Assembly (NCBI GenBank): GCA_030704615.1
Contig: CM060732.1
Span: forward strand, 77,996,001 to 78,060,000
Reading direction: 5' to 3'
DNA length: 64,000 nucleotides
DNA from: Takakia lepidozioides
Lineage: Eukaryota > Plantae > Bryophyta
In this document: positions 46,186 through 60,239 of the stretch, in pieces
How the letters are laid out: each line of letters begins with the position of its first letter
How positions within the stretch are numbered: the stretch's first letter is position 1
Notes under the pieces: generated by a model
What the model was told of the DNA's origin: nothing
Database searches by the model: none
What the model saw: only the letters and a program-made list of their open reading frames with translations
Position numbers and translations under genes: made by a program

Positions 46186-47800
46186 AATAGCATGCGCCGT
46201 TGGCCTAATTGTCTATTGTTATCTAAGCCAAGTGCAAGATCTCCTATGTATCCCAGTGTGTCTCCTATGTCAAGGCCCAAGTGCGACCTCTAGGATAGCC
46301 TGCACCGTTGGCCCAAGCGTCCGTGTGTGAAGAATTGAGATCTAGGCCTAAGTACAATCTCCTATGTGTCCAAGTGCTTTTCCCATGTAGAGGCCCAAGT
46401 GCAACCTCCAGTGTCCACTGTCATCTTAGTCCAAGTGAGATCCCATGTGTATCTAGAGACCCTACAGTTTGGGAGATCTCCACATCATTGTTCCAACAAA
46501 GCCCACTTTGCTATTTTTGCAATCTCCCCTGTCGAGGCTTCACATATTGATATATCCACTTTGCTATTTTTCGCAAATTTCCAGCAACCAAAAATACTTG
46601 AAATTCCAAATTCATGCGCCAATCGTTGCTCCACAAAAGCCCACTTTGTTATTTTTTCCGAATTTCCAGCGACCAAAAGTATTTGAAGTTCCGTATCTCC
46701 CATACCGCAGGTCCAAAAATCATGAGACCAAGTCGGTGCACCCCTCATCATCGACGGCTTTCCAACGGTACCAAGCACCAGCGTTGGGGCCCCGCGGTTT
46801 GGGAGATCTCACCGAAGCTACAAACAAACAAACAAACAAACAAACGTCTCGATTCACATATCAATACATGAAGCGAGACCTTTGTTTTGTTTGTTTTTGT
46901 AGCATTTTTGAGATCTCCCAAACCGCGGGCCCCAACGCGGGTGCTTGGTGCCATTGGAAAGCCCTCGATGAGGAGGGGTGAGGTCTCATGATTTTTGGAC
47001 AAGCGGTGAGGGAGATGTGGAATTCCAAGTACTTTTGGTCGTTGGAAATTCACAAAAAATAGCAAAAATGGCAAAGTGGGCATTCCCGGGACATGGTTGG
47101 AGCCTCAACGGGAGAGATATCAAGGGAAAGGTCTCCAGTTCAAATCTGGTCGTAGGCTCTATGGGAAAAAAAATGATTGGATATGGCTTGCTTCATATAT
47201 TGATGCACTTGGACTTAGATGACACTGGACACTTGGGCCAACGACACATGCTACCCTAGACAATATATGAAGCGAGACGTTTGTTTTGTTTTGTTTTGTA
47301 GCGTCGTTGAGATCTCCCAAACTGTGGGGATCCAATGCGGGTGCTTTGGTGCCATTGGAAAGCCCTCGACAAGGTGGGGTGCATGGGCTTGGTCTCATGA
47401 TTTTCTTGGACCTGCGGCGTGGGAGATGTGCAATTCCAAGTACTTTTGGTCACTGGAAATTCACAAAAAATAGCAAAACTGGCAAAGCGGGCATTCCAGG
47501 GATAATGGTTGGAGCCTCGACGGGAGAGATATCAAGGGAAAGGTCTCCGGTTCAAATCTGGTCGTAGGCTCTGTGGAAAAAAACTTACTTAGATGACACT
47601 GGACACTTGGGCCAACGGCATAAGCTACCCTAGAGGTCGCATTTGGGCCTCGACATAGGAGACGTACTTGGATACATAGGAGATTGCACACTGGGTTTCG
47701 ACATAGGAAACGCACATGGGAGACGCCCCAGTTGGATACATAGGAGACGCGCTTGGATACATAGGGATTGCTTGGGCTTAGATGACACTTGACGCTTGGG
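46186..47800. mobile_element. Cluster of nested, inverted and tandem copies of the same non-autonomous Helitron family
   Basis: Plus-strand 5' ends at 46861 (TCAATACATGAAGCGAG) and 47260, and plus-strand hairpin+CTAG 3' ends at 47259 and 47633. Minus-strand copies lie at 46186-46860, giving a large imperfect inverted repeat centred near 46860. Confidence 0.7.
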
Positions 47801-48299
47801 GCAATTAGAGTCCTATGATGGGATGGATTGAAGAGCCACACCCTGGTTCGATCACACAAATGTCAGACTATGGCTTACAAGTTACGATGAACTTGTTGTA
47901 CAACCCTTCATCTTGAACACCTATAAAGATACTTTCTCTTCTCTCCACATGAATAAAGAATTAAGCTGATAGTGAATGACTACGGCATTGGGCTTTCTTT
48001 CGAAGTGATTCATTCAAGGATTTGTAAAAGAGTGAAGCTCTCTAATATGACCTCCTCTTCCTAAGAGGTTACATGAAGCATTGAAGCGAGTGCCAAGCTG
48101 TGTGGTCTTCATGTGAGAAGAAAAATTTAAGCATTATTCATATGAGCCTTGACCTGAAGCACCAATGATGACAATTTCAGTCTGAAAATATATACATGAC
48201 ATTATTCCTTGCAATACTTAGCAATTGACTGACCAGTGAAGATGCCCTTAACCCGGAGGAAAAAAAAAAAAAAAAAAAAAAAAACCCACTATGAACATA

Positions 48300-49150
48300 G
48301 AAGTAAAATGTTGATGTTGGGACGACACTTGATCCATTTGGATCCAATACTACCCCTCCTAGAACCATTGAATAGTTACCATTTTGTTCCTATAATCAAA
48401 TTTGATTTCACTGTTGGGGGCCTTGATTTCGACGTGCATACAATCAATCGCAATGATTTTTGGAATATATCTGATCTCCTGTCATTTTGGAGCATTGATT
48501 TTTTATTCTCAGCTTCTTGCCATTGTAGGTGGTGACCCAAGAGAGAGTCAATGACATAGTTAATGGCATGGACCCCGTATCGAAGATACTCATACATGGT
48601 TGTTCCAGTAATCAAATTTGATTTCACTGTTAAGGGCCTTGATTTCAATGTGCATACGATCAATCGCACCGATGACGTTGGGAATATCTGATCTCCTGTC
48701 ATTTTGGAGCATCGATTTTTTGATTCTCAGCTCCTTGCCATTGTAGGTGGTGGTCCAAGAGAGAGTTAATGACATAATTAATGGCATGGATCACGTGTCG
48801 AAGAAGCTCATACAAGGTTGATTGACCAATTCCAAAAGCCTCATAAAAATCAATCATGGTGGCTGCCCATAGTAGTTTATTAATCACTGCCCCTACTCTC
48901 ATAGGTATAGGTACTATGCTCTTTTGATATTTGGTATCTTGTATTTGTACAGCTAGTGGCAAGCTGGGTGTTGTACAACAATTCGAATGTGCCTGAGCTC
49001 ATCTCCATAATCTGCAGCCATTGTTCGTTCTCATATTGTAACAAAAAATCCTTAAGCCTAGCTCTCGACCTATGTTTGATCCACATCCCTGAAGGCACAC
49101 CACCTCTTAGCTTGTACTTCATAATCATGAAGAACTGTTGTAAAGAACTC
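48300..49150 (-). pseudogene. PIF/Harbinger (HARBI1-like DDE) transposase relic with an internal ~215-bp tandem duplication
   Basis: WIKHRS...WLQIMEMSSGTFELL, DTKYQKSIVPIPMRVG, FGIGQSTL, IPNVIGAIDRMHIEIK..DYWN, YSMVLGGVVLDPNG. Frameshifted; 48380-48595 duplicates 48596-48812. Confidence 0.75.
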
Positions 49151-51659
49151 ATATAAGTGAGGAAGAATTATCTTCACGATATAGCCAAGTCTGTATGCCT
49201 CTTGCGGGGTTCTCATACCACACGACTTAGGATGTTGATCGAGTATAAACAATAGAAAATAAAAAATTATCCCATAGCATATCGGATCGGAGTGTTTACT
49301 TAATTTGGGTATCAGCTATTACGTACGATGTCCAAAATTGATTGGACCTACCAAGCAACAGATGTGGGATGTGACCCATTTGGATATGTAGATCAATAGG
49401 TGAAAGATGTTTGCATTTGCTTTTTGGTTTTGCTTATATGTATGCAAGTCAAGTATGAGAGCTATGTAGGAAAATTGAACTTTGGTTGATGCTAACTAAA
49501 ATGGACATGTGTGTGCTAGATAGTAGATGTATAGGGTCGACGTTTGTGGAATTGGCAGGAGATTGAATGGCTCCAAATTGCCCGGTTGGGCATATTGGTT
49601 TTCTATCTCATTACCTGCAATGTCCATGTGGGAATGGACTTTGTGAAGGTGAATTTATAATGAGGAGGAGTTTATAATGTCAATGATTGTCTTTAATAAG
49701 AGTAAGGTCAGGTGGTGATTCAATTTGTAAGGAAGGTTTTAGGTTTTGGTTTATGATAAGATAGAGAGATATCAAGCTATCCATAAAAAGGTAGCAGGTT
49801 GAAGATAATTGGCGTGGGAGAGATTTCAAGGCATCATATATGGCCGTGAGTACTACATACAAAATATTCTTGCAACTTGGAAGACGGTTGTATGCTCCCA
49901 AGTTGGTGCTAACAGAATAAGTGTCATAACCTGCATATGAGAATAACTTTTTCCAAGTAATTTGTCTTTGAGTATCTCATTTTAACTAGGATGTGCCAAG
50001 AAATGCTTATGAATCATCTTTATCCAAAAATAAGAAATGATAATTATTTTTATAAGCATATTGTTTAATTTACGTATTATTGATATAGTTGTTGTATCAT
50101 GTTTAATATGGTGAGTGATTGATGTAATATCACATTTATATAGGCCATATGATATAAAGACATCGATAGCCAAACACAATTCAATGCTTCATTGACAGTA
50201 CATCAACCTCTTCTATATCAGTCTTTTTACGAATCTACGAGAGCGGGGATCTTTGCACAACAACAACCACCAGTGTGGTTCATCCACATCTTTTGTTCTA
50301 ACTTGTCAAGGAAAAGCAAAAGAATGATCATAGCAGACCGATCGTCGGGGATAGTTTTCTCCATGAGGGTAAGAACTCCAATCTTTTTTCTGTTTACAGT
50401 GGCTGTTGCTCTTTATTCAATCACCCTAAACCACTTGACCTTTAACAGTCATCCAAAAAAATGTTTAAAGTTTAATGAATAGATATATTGCACAATTCCA
50501 AAATAGTCAGAAAAACGCATGGATCAATTTCAATCTTTTGAACTCTTCATAACGTTTGATCAAAATTGAAAAAATTGAAGGATACACAATATGACAGAAA
50601 TATTGGATAAAAAAGATAAAAAAGAGTTGTAATGAGATTATGGATGAAAATATGAATGGATGAAAGATCAAGGATGAAAATAATGTATGATGTGTTTTGG
50701 ATGAAATCTTGTAGACAAATTTTTTTAGATGTTAATATGACCAAATTTGTGACATTTCATCCACCACAAGCTTGACATTTAAATAGATTAAGTAAACTAG
50801 GCAAAGAAATAACTGAAAGTTAGCAAAAAATAAAAAATAAAAAATGTGTGTGTTCTTTTCCGACTCCCCGCCTTGTACTCGTATATATAAAAGGGAGACA
50901 GATTTTGTCTCTTCTATAGATGGTATTCTCTTTTTGCTTCATCTGATTGTGTGGAAGACGTGGAAGATCGAATTGGAGAGACGGTAGAAATTCAAGTAAC
51001 AGAGGAGATTAGTGGAAACATGTTGGTTTAGTTCCGAAAATGGGTTAAGGTTTACGGAATTTTGTGGAGTGGCATAGTTGGAAGATTGGAAGAGATTTCG
51101 AAATTGGTTAAAGTTATGAAATTTTGCAGAGTCACAGAATTGTAAGATTCTGATGGAGGAGGAGGAGGAGTGAGGATGAGGAGGGAAAAGGAATTCTTAG
51201 CTTTAGTTGGCTTCTATTGGTTTTCATGTTATAACAACGATCATTGGTACCATTGTAGTAATAGGGTCTTCTTGTGGTCCTTCCACTCCTCCAATTCCGT
51301 TTCCATTCTTTCTTGGGCCCTGATCATCTTGCAATTCGTATTCTCCACCATCGATATGACGCCGTCCTTCCTTAGTCCATAGTGATGAGGCAATGGTTAC
51401 AGAGTCAAACATTACGTATGAGCGGTTGCTAAAGAATAAAGTGTTTAAAGAATCATCAATGGTAAATATTATATATTAAGCAAAGCGTAACACAAAAGAC
51501 TAATCAAGGAGATCCACATCCCTCAGAAGATGAGTCGATATATCTCATGAGTTCAATTGCTGTTCCACAAGAAATTAACAATAGGCTCATTGTTTGGGCT
51601 TGATAACGTAGTTATCTATTGTATTGAGCAGTTTATCGACGTAGTAAACTTTGCTAAAA

Positions 51660-54200
51660 TAGCACTCACAGTCAGCGCAGTCTTGTCCAGCACACTCCCA
51701 TGTACCAGACTCTCGTCCAACATACTCCTATCCAGCAGACTGCTTTGCAGACTCCCAGCCCGCAGACTGCTATTCAGGATACTCCCAATCAGTAGACTGC
51801 CACCCAGAAGACGCCCATCCACCACACTGTTGTCCAGCGGACTCCCAACCAGCAGACTCCCATTGAGCGGACTCCCAGCCAGCAGACTCTCATTGTTACG
51901 ACCACCATGGGACTTTTTGGGGTTTGGCGCTCGCCATTGCCGCTCATTGATCCCGAAGCTGTGGACCTGACACTTGCCCGTCTGAGGGTGGGGGAAGTCA
52001 ATGCCAATGTGGATTGGTATAATGAGCTCCATCGCATTGTCACGGACGGCCGGTGGCCTTTTGTTCCCTTTCATTATTCCATGGAATTTACTATGGCAGA
52101 AACGAATGAAGTCCTCGAAAGTGCATATTCTGTGGCCCTAGCAGCCACGAAGGTCCAAAATGCCCCGCCACTGCTTGTCCAATTAATCCTCATGGATGAC
52201 CCACCGCCTCAGGAACTCAGACATATGCCCATGGCACATCCCACCTTTGGGGTGTGGAAAGCATTTGCTTGGAATTACTGAATAGTACTTTGATCGCATT
52301 TCTTTCCTTCACCATCGATGGATACAGTTCGGCAATTTCCGTTCATACAGTAAATTGGTAAAGGACCTGCAAAGTTTGAGGAAGTATTTGTTTCATTCAT
52401 ATTCGGATGCGGGTAAGAAGAGTGTTGTGGATGAGGCGTTGCAATGGTTTGCTGCGGTTAATGGAGCGAGCAGTGTTCGATATTGTGTTGAACAGACCGG
52501 ATGTGTTCAAAGTCCTATGGTGCAGCTCCCCATTTGAAAACCGCATGCCAGCGATTCGCCATCTCGATGGAGCATGCTTGGGATGCCAAATCCAAGATAT
52601 TGGTCTCATTGGCAACCTCCTAGAAGGTAATGCCGACTTCTTCTGGACCGTTGTGAAGTTCATGGTCTTTTCTTCCACCATCCTGTCAGACTCACTTTGT
52701 CCAACTCATCTGTTTCAGGAATGTCCGATTTAGACGAGCACGTGCAGTGTGCTTTCGATTCCCTTGCCTGAGGTGCACGAGATGTTGTGCTGGCGTTACA
52801 GGGACTCCATGACATCGTTCAGCAGACTGCTGATGACGCCATTGCTCAGCAGACTAACCCACTGCAACAAAAAGAGCATGGACAGACTGTCAACACTATC
52901 CCAGCCACTGTTCAGGAGAGTGGGCGCACTACAGGCCGCACCGAGGACGAGGAGACTCATGAGCAGACCGGCGAGCAGACTGAAGGACTGCCTCTGCACC
53001 AGACCGTGCAGCATACTGAGGACGTCGCTGTCAAGCAGACCGTCCAACATACCAATGAGCAGACCGGGCTGCAAACGGATGACCTGGCTGTGTACCAGCA
53101 GACTGTGCAGCATACCATTGAGCAGACCGTCCAGCAGATTCACGACCACACTGACTCGGAGGACCCAACTACACTTCATGTCCACCAGTCTGGATCCTGG
53201 CTCGTTGAACAGAGTCGGTTGCACTGGCCTCAACGGGACCTGTCTCTAAATTTGTGCGGAGTTCTATCAGTGCATTGACGGAGTCTTCTTTTCCCGCCGG
53301 GCCATCTTCACATATTGGCGCATCGTTTGAGGATATAAGCCGGGCACTGGTAAACCATTCTTCTCCAGTGACCCATGGCCTGACAACTATTTTCATTCAG
53401 CTCAGCCCGGTTTTGGTTCGTTCGCTTGCGAAAGCTATAGATGATTGTTACGTGATTGATCGCAATATGGGAACTCAACCCCGTATCATTGACCTTACTG
53501 AAGAATTAGACGATGTAGTTGCCGCAGATAATTTAGATGTCGGCGGTAGTCAAGCTTTTTCTGCATCAGACCCTGAAGACACAGTTGACTTGCAAGTTAA
53601 TAGATTGATCTCCTCCCTGCAAGAGCAGACCGACCACGAGAGTGACCACCAGGCTGAACAGCAGACTGACCAGAGCAAAAAGCAGACTGAGCAGCAGACT
53701 GAGGACAGTGAGCAGCAGACTGACGCTGAATATGGTCCTCTGAAGGAGGGCCAACAGCCCCGCCCACAAGAGTGTCCACCAAACTCGACAGCAGACTGAC
53801 CAGAGCGGCAACCAGACTGAGCACCAGACTGGCCAGACTGAGGACACTGAGCAACAGACCGATGCCGAACATGGACAGACTAAGGGCCAACATGTCGTTC
53901 CCCCCGCACACGAGAGTGTCCACCAGACTCGATAGCAGACTGACCATAACGGCGAGCAGACTGAGCACCAGACTAACCGCTCTGAGCAGCACAGACTGAC
54001 TGACGTTCAAGCAGGGGAGCAGTCTGCCCAGTCGCTTCCTTCCAATGACGTCGTACAGGTTGTGCCCTGCCGTCTTCCACCTCTGTGATTTCAGATTTAT
54101 GTTCAATTTCTGTGTATTGACAGGATCTATTGTACCTACAGGACTTGAGGACACCGTTTCCCTCCAAGGCAATTTCATAACCTGCCAATGTTGCTGATGT
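51660..54200 (+). pseudogene. Degenerate orphan ORF: Gln/Thr-rich repeat tracts flanking a non-repetitive domain
   Basis: 15-nt CAGCAGACTCCCATT-type repeats (QQTPI) at 51680-51895, a W/F/C-containing domain at 51907-52780, and 12-nt GAGCAGCAGACT-type repeats (EQQT) at 52810-53140 and 53620-54000. It has stops and frameshifts. A TATA-like element lies at ~50883. Confidence 0.5.
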
Positions 54201-55164
54201 TGGCTCCACAACCAGAAAAGGTGGCTTTACTTACAACGCCAAGAACTTCTCACAAAGAATAACATGTAAGATAGAGTGTTTTCTTCGATATCCGTGTACA
54301 AGATTACAACACCCTGCCATCCTAGATCTTCATACTAAAGGATAATGGTTCGAAGCTCACTCGAGTACCTTCCACTCAACAATTGCACAGTTGATCGTTT
54401 TCGTTTTCCCAAAACTTCGTGCTCATCCACATTTGCTTCAACAAGATCCATTGTCTCATTCATCTCATTTCATCTCAAATCAAAATGGCCACCGGACGCC
54501 AACGGTAGTTCCTTGCTTCACGACAAACACTACACTGAGAACTGTGTATAATAAATGTAAGACCTAGAATTCATTCTATTAACATCATAATGTTCAACTG
54601 TCCACTCAGTTCCCAAATGATCTGAAAAACATATGGACAACATTTCTTAATATAGAGTCTTCATGTAGTCAATTTTAAATCCTACTATCTTTATATAGCT
54701 ATTATTTTTAGTTACATATCTCATTTACGTTCAACACTATCCTGAACCACGTGCATCACATACATACAACCTATTTTTAATGATATCTTTATGATGTTGA
54801 ACATGCATTCGTTATATTTAATGCTATATTTTAGCATAAGAACCATAACCACCGCCTATAATTAACAGTGCCTACCACCACATGTGTCATTAATATTTTC
54901 CACTGCCCATCATCCAGTACTTCTGTACCTATTCATACATTCATATTATAAATATCTACATATAAATAGTCTAAATGTATATTTCTAAAGCTCATCAAAT
55001 TATAAAGCATCATTGATTAGGACAATTACACATATACACACATATATATATATATCTAAACCATCATTAATCAAGTAAACATATCATTGTTCATACTAAA
55101 CATTAATTATCTTATTGAAATTATTAACATACAAAACATAAATAATTTGTTTTATTTTGATCAT

Positions 55165-56285
55165 TCGCCGATCATAAAATTAAATATCTTATGTCAAACC
55201 CATTCATATTCCTATTTCACTGAATTAAAAAAATAATCGATTTCGGTTTTTTTGCTCGCATAGCTGAGGTGCTAACCTGAGCGGCTCAGGTGATTACCTA
55301 AGTGGCTGATCATAAAAGTAAATACCTTACATATTTCTATTTCACTGTAATTTAAAAAAAATAAAATTCGGTTTATGGCTCACATTGGCCGCTGAGGTGC
55401 GAACCTGAGTGACTCAGGTGAACACCCGAGCAGCTCAGGTGATCACATGAGTGGCCAATCATAAAATTGAATATTTTATTAAATTTCAAATCAATCCATA
55501 TTTCTATTTTTCTAAAATTAAAAAAAAATGATTTTGGTTTTTGGCTCACATTGGCCGCTGAGGTGCAAACCCGAGCGGTTCAGGCAAACACCCCAGCCAT
55601 TCAAGTGGGCGGCTCAGGTGATCACCTGAGCGGCTGATCATAAAATTAAATATCTTATTAAATCTCAAACCTATTCATATTCCTATTTCGCTCAATTTTT
55701 AAGAAAAAAATTGATTTCGGTTTTTGGCTCACATTGGCCGCTGAGGTGCAAACCCGAGCGGTTCAGGCGAACACCCCAGCCATTCAAGTGGGCGGCTAAG
55801 GTGAACACCCGAGCGGCTCAGGTGATCACCTGAGTGGCTGATCCTAAAATTAAATATCTTATTAATTCTCAAACATATTCATATTCCTATTTCGCTCAAT
55901 TTAAAAAAAAAAACTGATTTCGGTTTTTGGCTCACATTGGTTGCTACCTATTCATATTTCTAATTTGTTGGAATTTCAAAAAGAATGATTTCTGTTTTTG
56001 GCTCGCACTGGCCGCTGCGGGAACGTGAGGGGCTTCGGTGAACACCCCAGCCATTGAAGTGGGTAGCTAAGGTGATCACCCGAGCGGCTCAGGTGATCAC
56101 CTTAGTGGCTGATTTTTCTTTTTAAATTTGATTTCGGTTTTTGGCTCACATTGGCAGCTCAGGTGCAAACTTGAGCGGTTGAGGTGATCACCCGAGTGGC
56201 TGATTCTAAAATTTAAATACCTTACTAAATCTCAGACCTGTTCATATTCCTATTTCGATGAAATAAGAAAAATAGAAAAATCGAT
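55165..56285. repeat. Tandem array of ~7 units of 140-205 bp, each an AT-rich tract plus 21-bp palindromic subrepeats
   Basis: Units start near 55170, 55308, 55457, 55636 and 55840, with partial units to 56285. A perfect 20-bp palindrome GCTCAGGTGATCACCTGAGC lies at 55612-55631, with many variants. Confidence 0.9.
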
Positions 56286-57029
56286 TTTAATTTCGACTTT
56301 CATTCCTTCATACCCTTAATGAAATTTATCGTATAAATTAAATAGTGAATTTTACTTAAAGTTCCAACATTGAATATCTATCATGGCTTATAGTGTGTTT
56401 AGGCCTTATGGTGGCCATCCACCTATAACGACTTGAGCTATTGAAGTGGCATGATGGGGTGATTACTTGAGGGGCTGATTATAAAGTTCTAACATTTAAT
56501 AATCTATCTTGGGATATCCCACCTAATTTACCTTACGTTTGGGCCTTATGCCTGACATATATTTATAACAAGTTTCATTTGTGTTCTTTGAATAATTTTG
56601 AAATTATTTTTCTTTTATAGTAGAAGTTGAGCCAGTTGTTATAGAGGTTTATTAAAATTTATATTGTAAATGACTTTACGTTAAGTGTTTAATGTGTATA
56701 ATTTGGAACTTTTTCCTCTCCCGACTTACTTTTGAAATTTTGTTTTACATGCAACTTGCACATAAATGCACCGTCTTTCATTAATTACTTTATTTGAAAG
56801 ATGCTGTTATTTTCTGTGGTTTAAGGTTTTCATTCTCATTTTTGAGCAGTATGGTTTCACATCACTCTTAGATTGTGCCTTCCAATTTGCTACTAGTACA
56901 GACTGATACACCTCAGCTTTGTGGTAGAGTTCATCCTCTGTGTTTGACATGATGAAGCTCACTTGTTGTAAAGGGATTTAGACCATTGGTACAACTCAAC
57001 TCGGCTTCAACAACTTCTATTTTGAATGT

Positions 57030-58250
57030 ATGCTTCTGCAAAATAAAGTGTCCATATTTCAGGTAGGACTACTTTTGGTATTTCTTCTTCTACTGCAATT
57101 GTGCCTACATGTCAAAGTGTCTTCCACTGTCACTTTGACTGTATCTTCTGCTTTCACTGCTGAACATGAGAAGAAGCTGGTGAGAGGTTCATATGTCAAA
57201 GTTGAAAACTTTGGCATTCGTCGAAAGTCAGATAAAGGCTTTGAGAAAGGTGATATGTCTGTTGTGTTAAGTGTTGAGTCCACTACAGAGGTGACATGTA
57301 TTGCAACATTTCAACCCGATCTGGTTCCCAAGTTTTTCCACACGGACACAATCAAGGAATTTCGTGCTCGAACCCATGAGGCTTGGGCATGCGCTACATT
57401 GGCAGTTGTGGTGATTGCAATCAGAGGTGAGTATAATCACTACAGGGAATTAGAAGTTGTAGATGGAAGTACTCAACAATGACCATAACATTGTTGCACT
57501 TGGACCAGAGTTTCGCTTGGAATACAACCAAATTGTACAAGCCTATCATGGGGGGCATTGTGTCATGATTTTGTTCAAAAATATTACATGCAACAACACT
57601 GGAGATCGACATTTAAGAACTGAGCAGTTCACTATTGTTTCGTCGGTTGTGGATGAATCGACTCAAATCAATCTTTAAGCCGTACATGGAAGCTTCAACT
57701 CTCCACAAACGTCATATTGTGAGGTACTTATTTAGGTTTATAATCAGTAACTTAAATATTTGATACTATACAAGTTTTTTTGTTTTGGTATAAAAATAAA
57801 AGATACAACTTATTGATCATCGCCATTATATATACACAGAATATTAGAAATTGAAAATAACTAACTTATATATAATATATTATTTTCAGGTTACAGGGGT
57901 GCTATCAATTTTGAATCCATCTGCTCCACCCTACAAGCGAGTTTGTGTCGACTACCGACTCATAGACTTCATTCGACGAGAAGATGACCAATTTCATTGC
58001 AACGTCTGTCGCACAAACAAACAACTGGTGAACCAGACATTTATTCAAGCAAAACTCGATGATGGGCCTGAAACCATCATTACATATTTGCAGGGGCAGT
58101 GGCCGGAGGCTATTGTCTCCATGACTGAACCGGAATTTTTGGCTCGTAGCAAGCACAAACAAATTGGCCTTCTATCTAGACTCAGTTTACAAGGTAAATT
58201 TATGTTCTCTTACCTTGTTGGCTTTGAGGAGCACACTCTTGGTCTAGAAA
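57030..58250 (+). pseudogene. RPA70-like OB-fold ssDNA-binding protein gene (spliced, disrupted)
   Basis: TVTLTVSSAFTAEHEKKLVRGSYVKVENFGI...FEKGD..VLSVESTTEV resembles a Helitron RPA OB fold. After a GT-AG intron (~57724-57889) comes YKRVCVDY...FHCNVC, a zinc-ribbon-like motif as in RPA70 DBD-C. Frameshift near 57480 and stop at 57676. Confidence 0.6.
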
Positions 58251-60239
58251 TTGTACAAACAATTTCTGACATACCCTCATTTGTTCTATCAGCATGTACA
58301 TTGGATTCATCCATCGAACCACACTTGTTTTCAGAACTTGAAAGTTCACCCATATCTTTGGATATTCGGTCGGGGCACCTCAGATCAAAGTTTTTCCACA
58401 CACTGAACTTCTTACTGAGCCTTTTTTCAAACATGAACCTTTTGATCATCAAGAAGACAAACCAAAACGACGGCTATTTGTTGATGATGACAACTTGCCT
58501 TTGAAAACTAAAAAACCTAAATAGTTAGATAGTTTTTATTCTCTATATATACATATTCTATATACTATACATTTTATTTTAGGTCTTTATTTTGAATTAA
58601 AAACTTGTAGGTTTACTTATACTTTGAACAATATGTATTTTGTTTCATGTAACTTGAGTTTTTCTTATTAAATATGTTTTCAGCTTTCAAAACATTTGTT
58701 TCACAAAAATTTAATTGCTATTTTTGTGTTCAATACTCATTGCAGTTATCATTGCAGTCCACAAATCTCGGTTTGTTTTTCAAAAACAGTTTTAAAACAG
58801 TCTTCAAAACAGTCTGAAATACATGTTTTTCTCAGTGTTACAGTATTTAAATCTGGTCTTGAAAACAGTATCACATGGATATTCTTATGAGTGTTATACT
58901 GATAAACACAATCATTAAAATAGTCTCTAAAAGATTTTGAAATGCATTCAATATACTATATGTAATAAAAGATAAAATTTATAAAGTACTTTCATAAATA
59001 ATATTTAGTAGAGTATCTGAATTACTAGTACAATAAATTATCATTTATTATATGATATACAAATAACTTATAGAAATGAGTATTAATAATTTTTTGGTTC
59101 AACATAAATTACAAATCGCTCAATCATTTATATTTTCATGTCCATCATTATCATTTATTGAATCAATATTATTTCTGCTACCCAAAACAATTGAAGCGGA
59201 CATTTATCAATGCTTGTATTACATACTTTAGAGAAATCATTTCTTCTCCTTCACTAGAGCTCCAAACAGATTTAAAGCAATGTTTTACAATTGTACCAAG
59301 CATAACTGAAATTGAAATATATATACAAGAAATACAGAACTTGCCGTCGTCAATATTAGATCCCCGTTTTTTAGTATGTGTTTCATACTACATAAAACGT
59401 CGTATTACAATTTTGTCAACGACTACACATGTGCATCGCTTGACATTGGAAAACACTTTACTCAATCACTTCCTATACATATTTTACATGAAAATACTAT
59501 ATCTGATCCTTGGTTTAAACCATTATTAACATATAGATTCCAATGGTCTGATAGCTTAAATAATGAATTATATGAACTTCTTAGATCACATCCTACAACA
59601 CCAATTAAAAATATTGCTTCCATGTTTTTATTAAAACATCAATCGTTGGGTTTAACAAAACTACAAGTAACTAGACACATAAATTACATAAAAAAAAAAC
59701 ACATGGATGAATCTTTCCAAAATACATCTTCAACACAAAATGTCTCACATATAAACACACATTCGGAACAAACCATTGTAGAAACAAATATAGATATAAA
59801 CAACCACCTTCATGATATGAAATTGTATTACCATTAAACCATCAAAACACTTCTATACCATCCCAATCTCTTCACATGGTCGAAAATCCATCCGATAATT
59901 TTGTGCAGAACAAACCGAAAAAGATTTAGTTGGAAAAATGAAGATAGTATTTTAATTAACATTATGACTGAAAATCCTAATATTTATTTTCATGATAAAG
60001 CAAACTTATTTTTGGTATCCAAACCCACTTTTGAAAAATCACATAAACAAGTAGTAAACCATTTAAAGTATTATTAAAAACATATGTTGTAAACCAATCT
60101 ATATTTACTACACATAATCCACGAATACAGCAAACGGATGACAGTCCAAATTCTCCTTTGCCCAATGTTCAACAAGAAAATAACATTATATAAAGCATTA
60201 ACATAATAAAATTTCAAAAACAAATAAAGGATAACCCCA

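Noticed and set aside
55165-56285. Palindromic repeats as a CRISPR array
   Set aside because: The intervening sequences are themselves repeated, not unique spacers.
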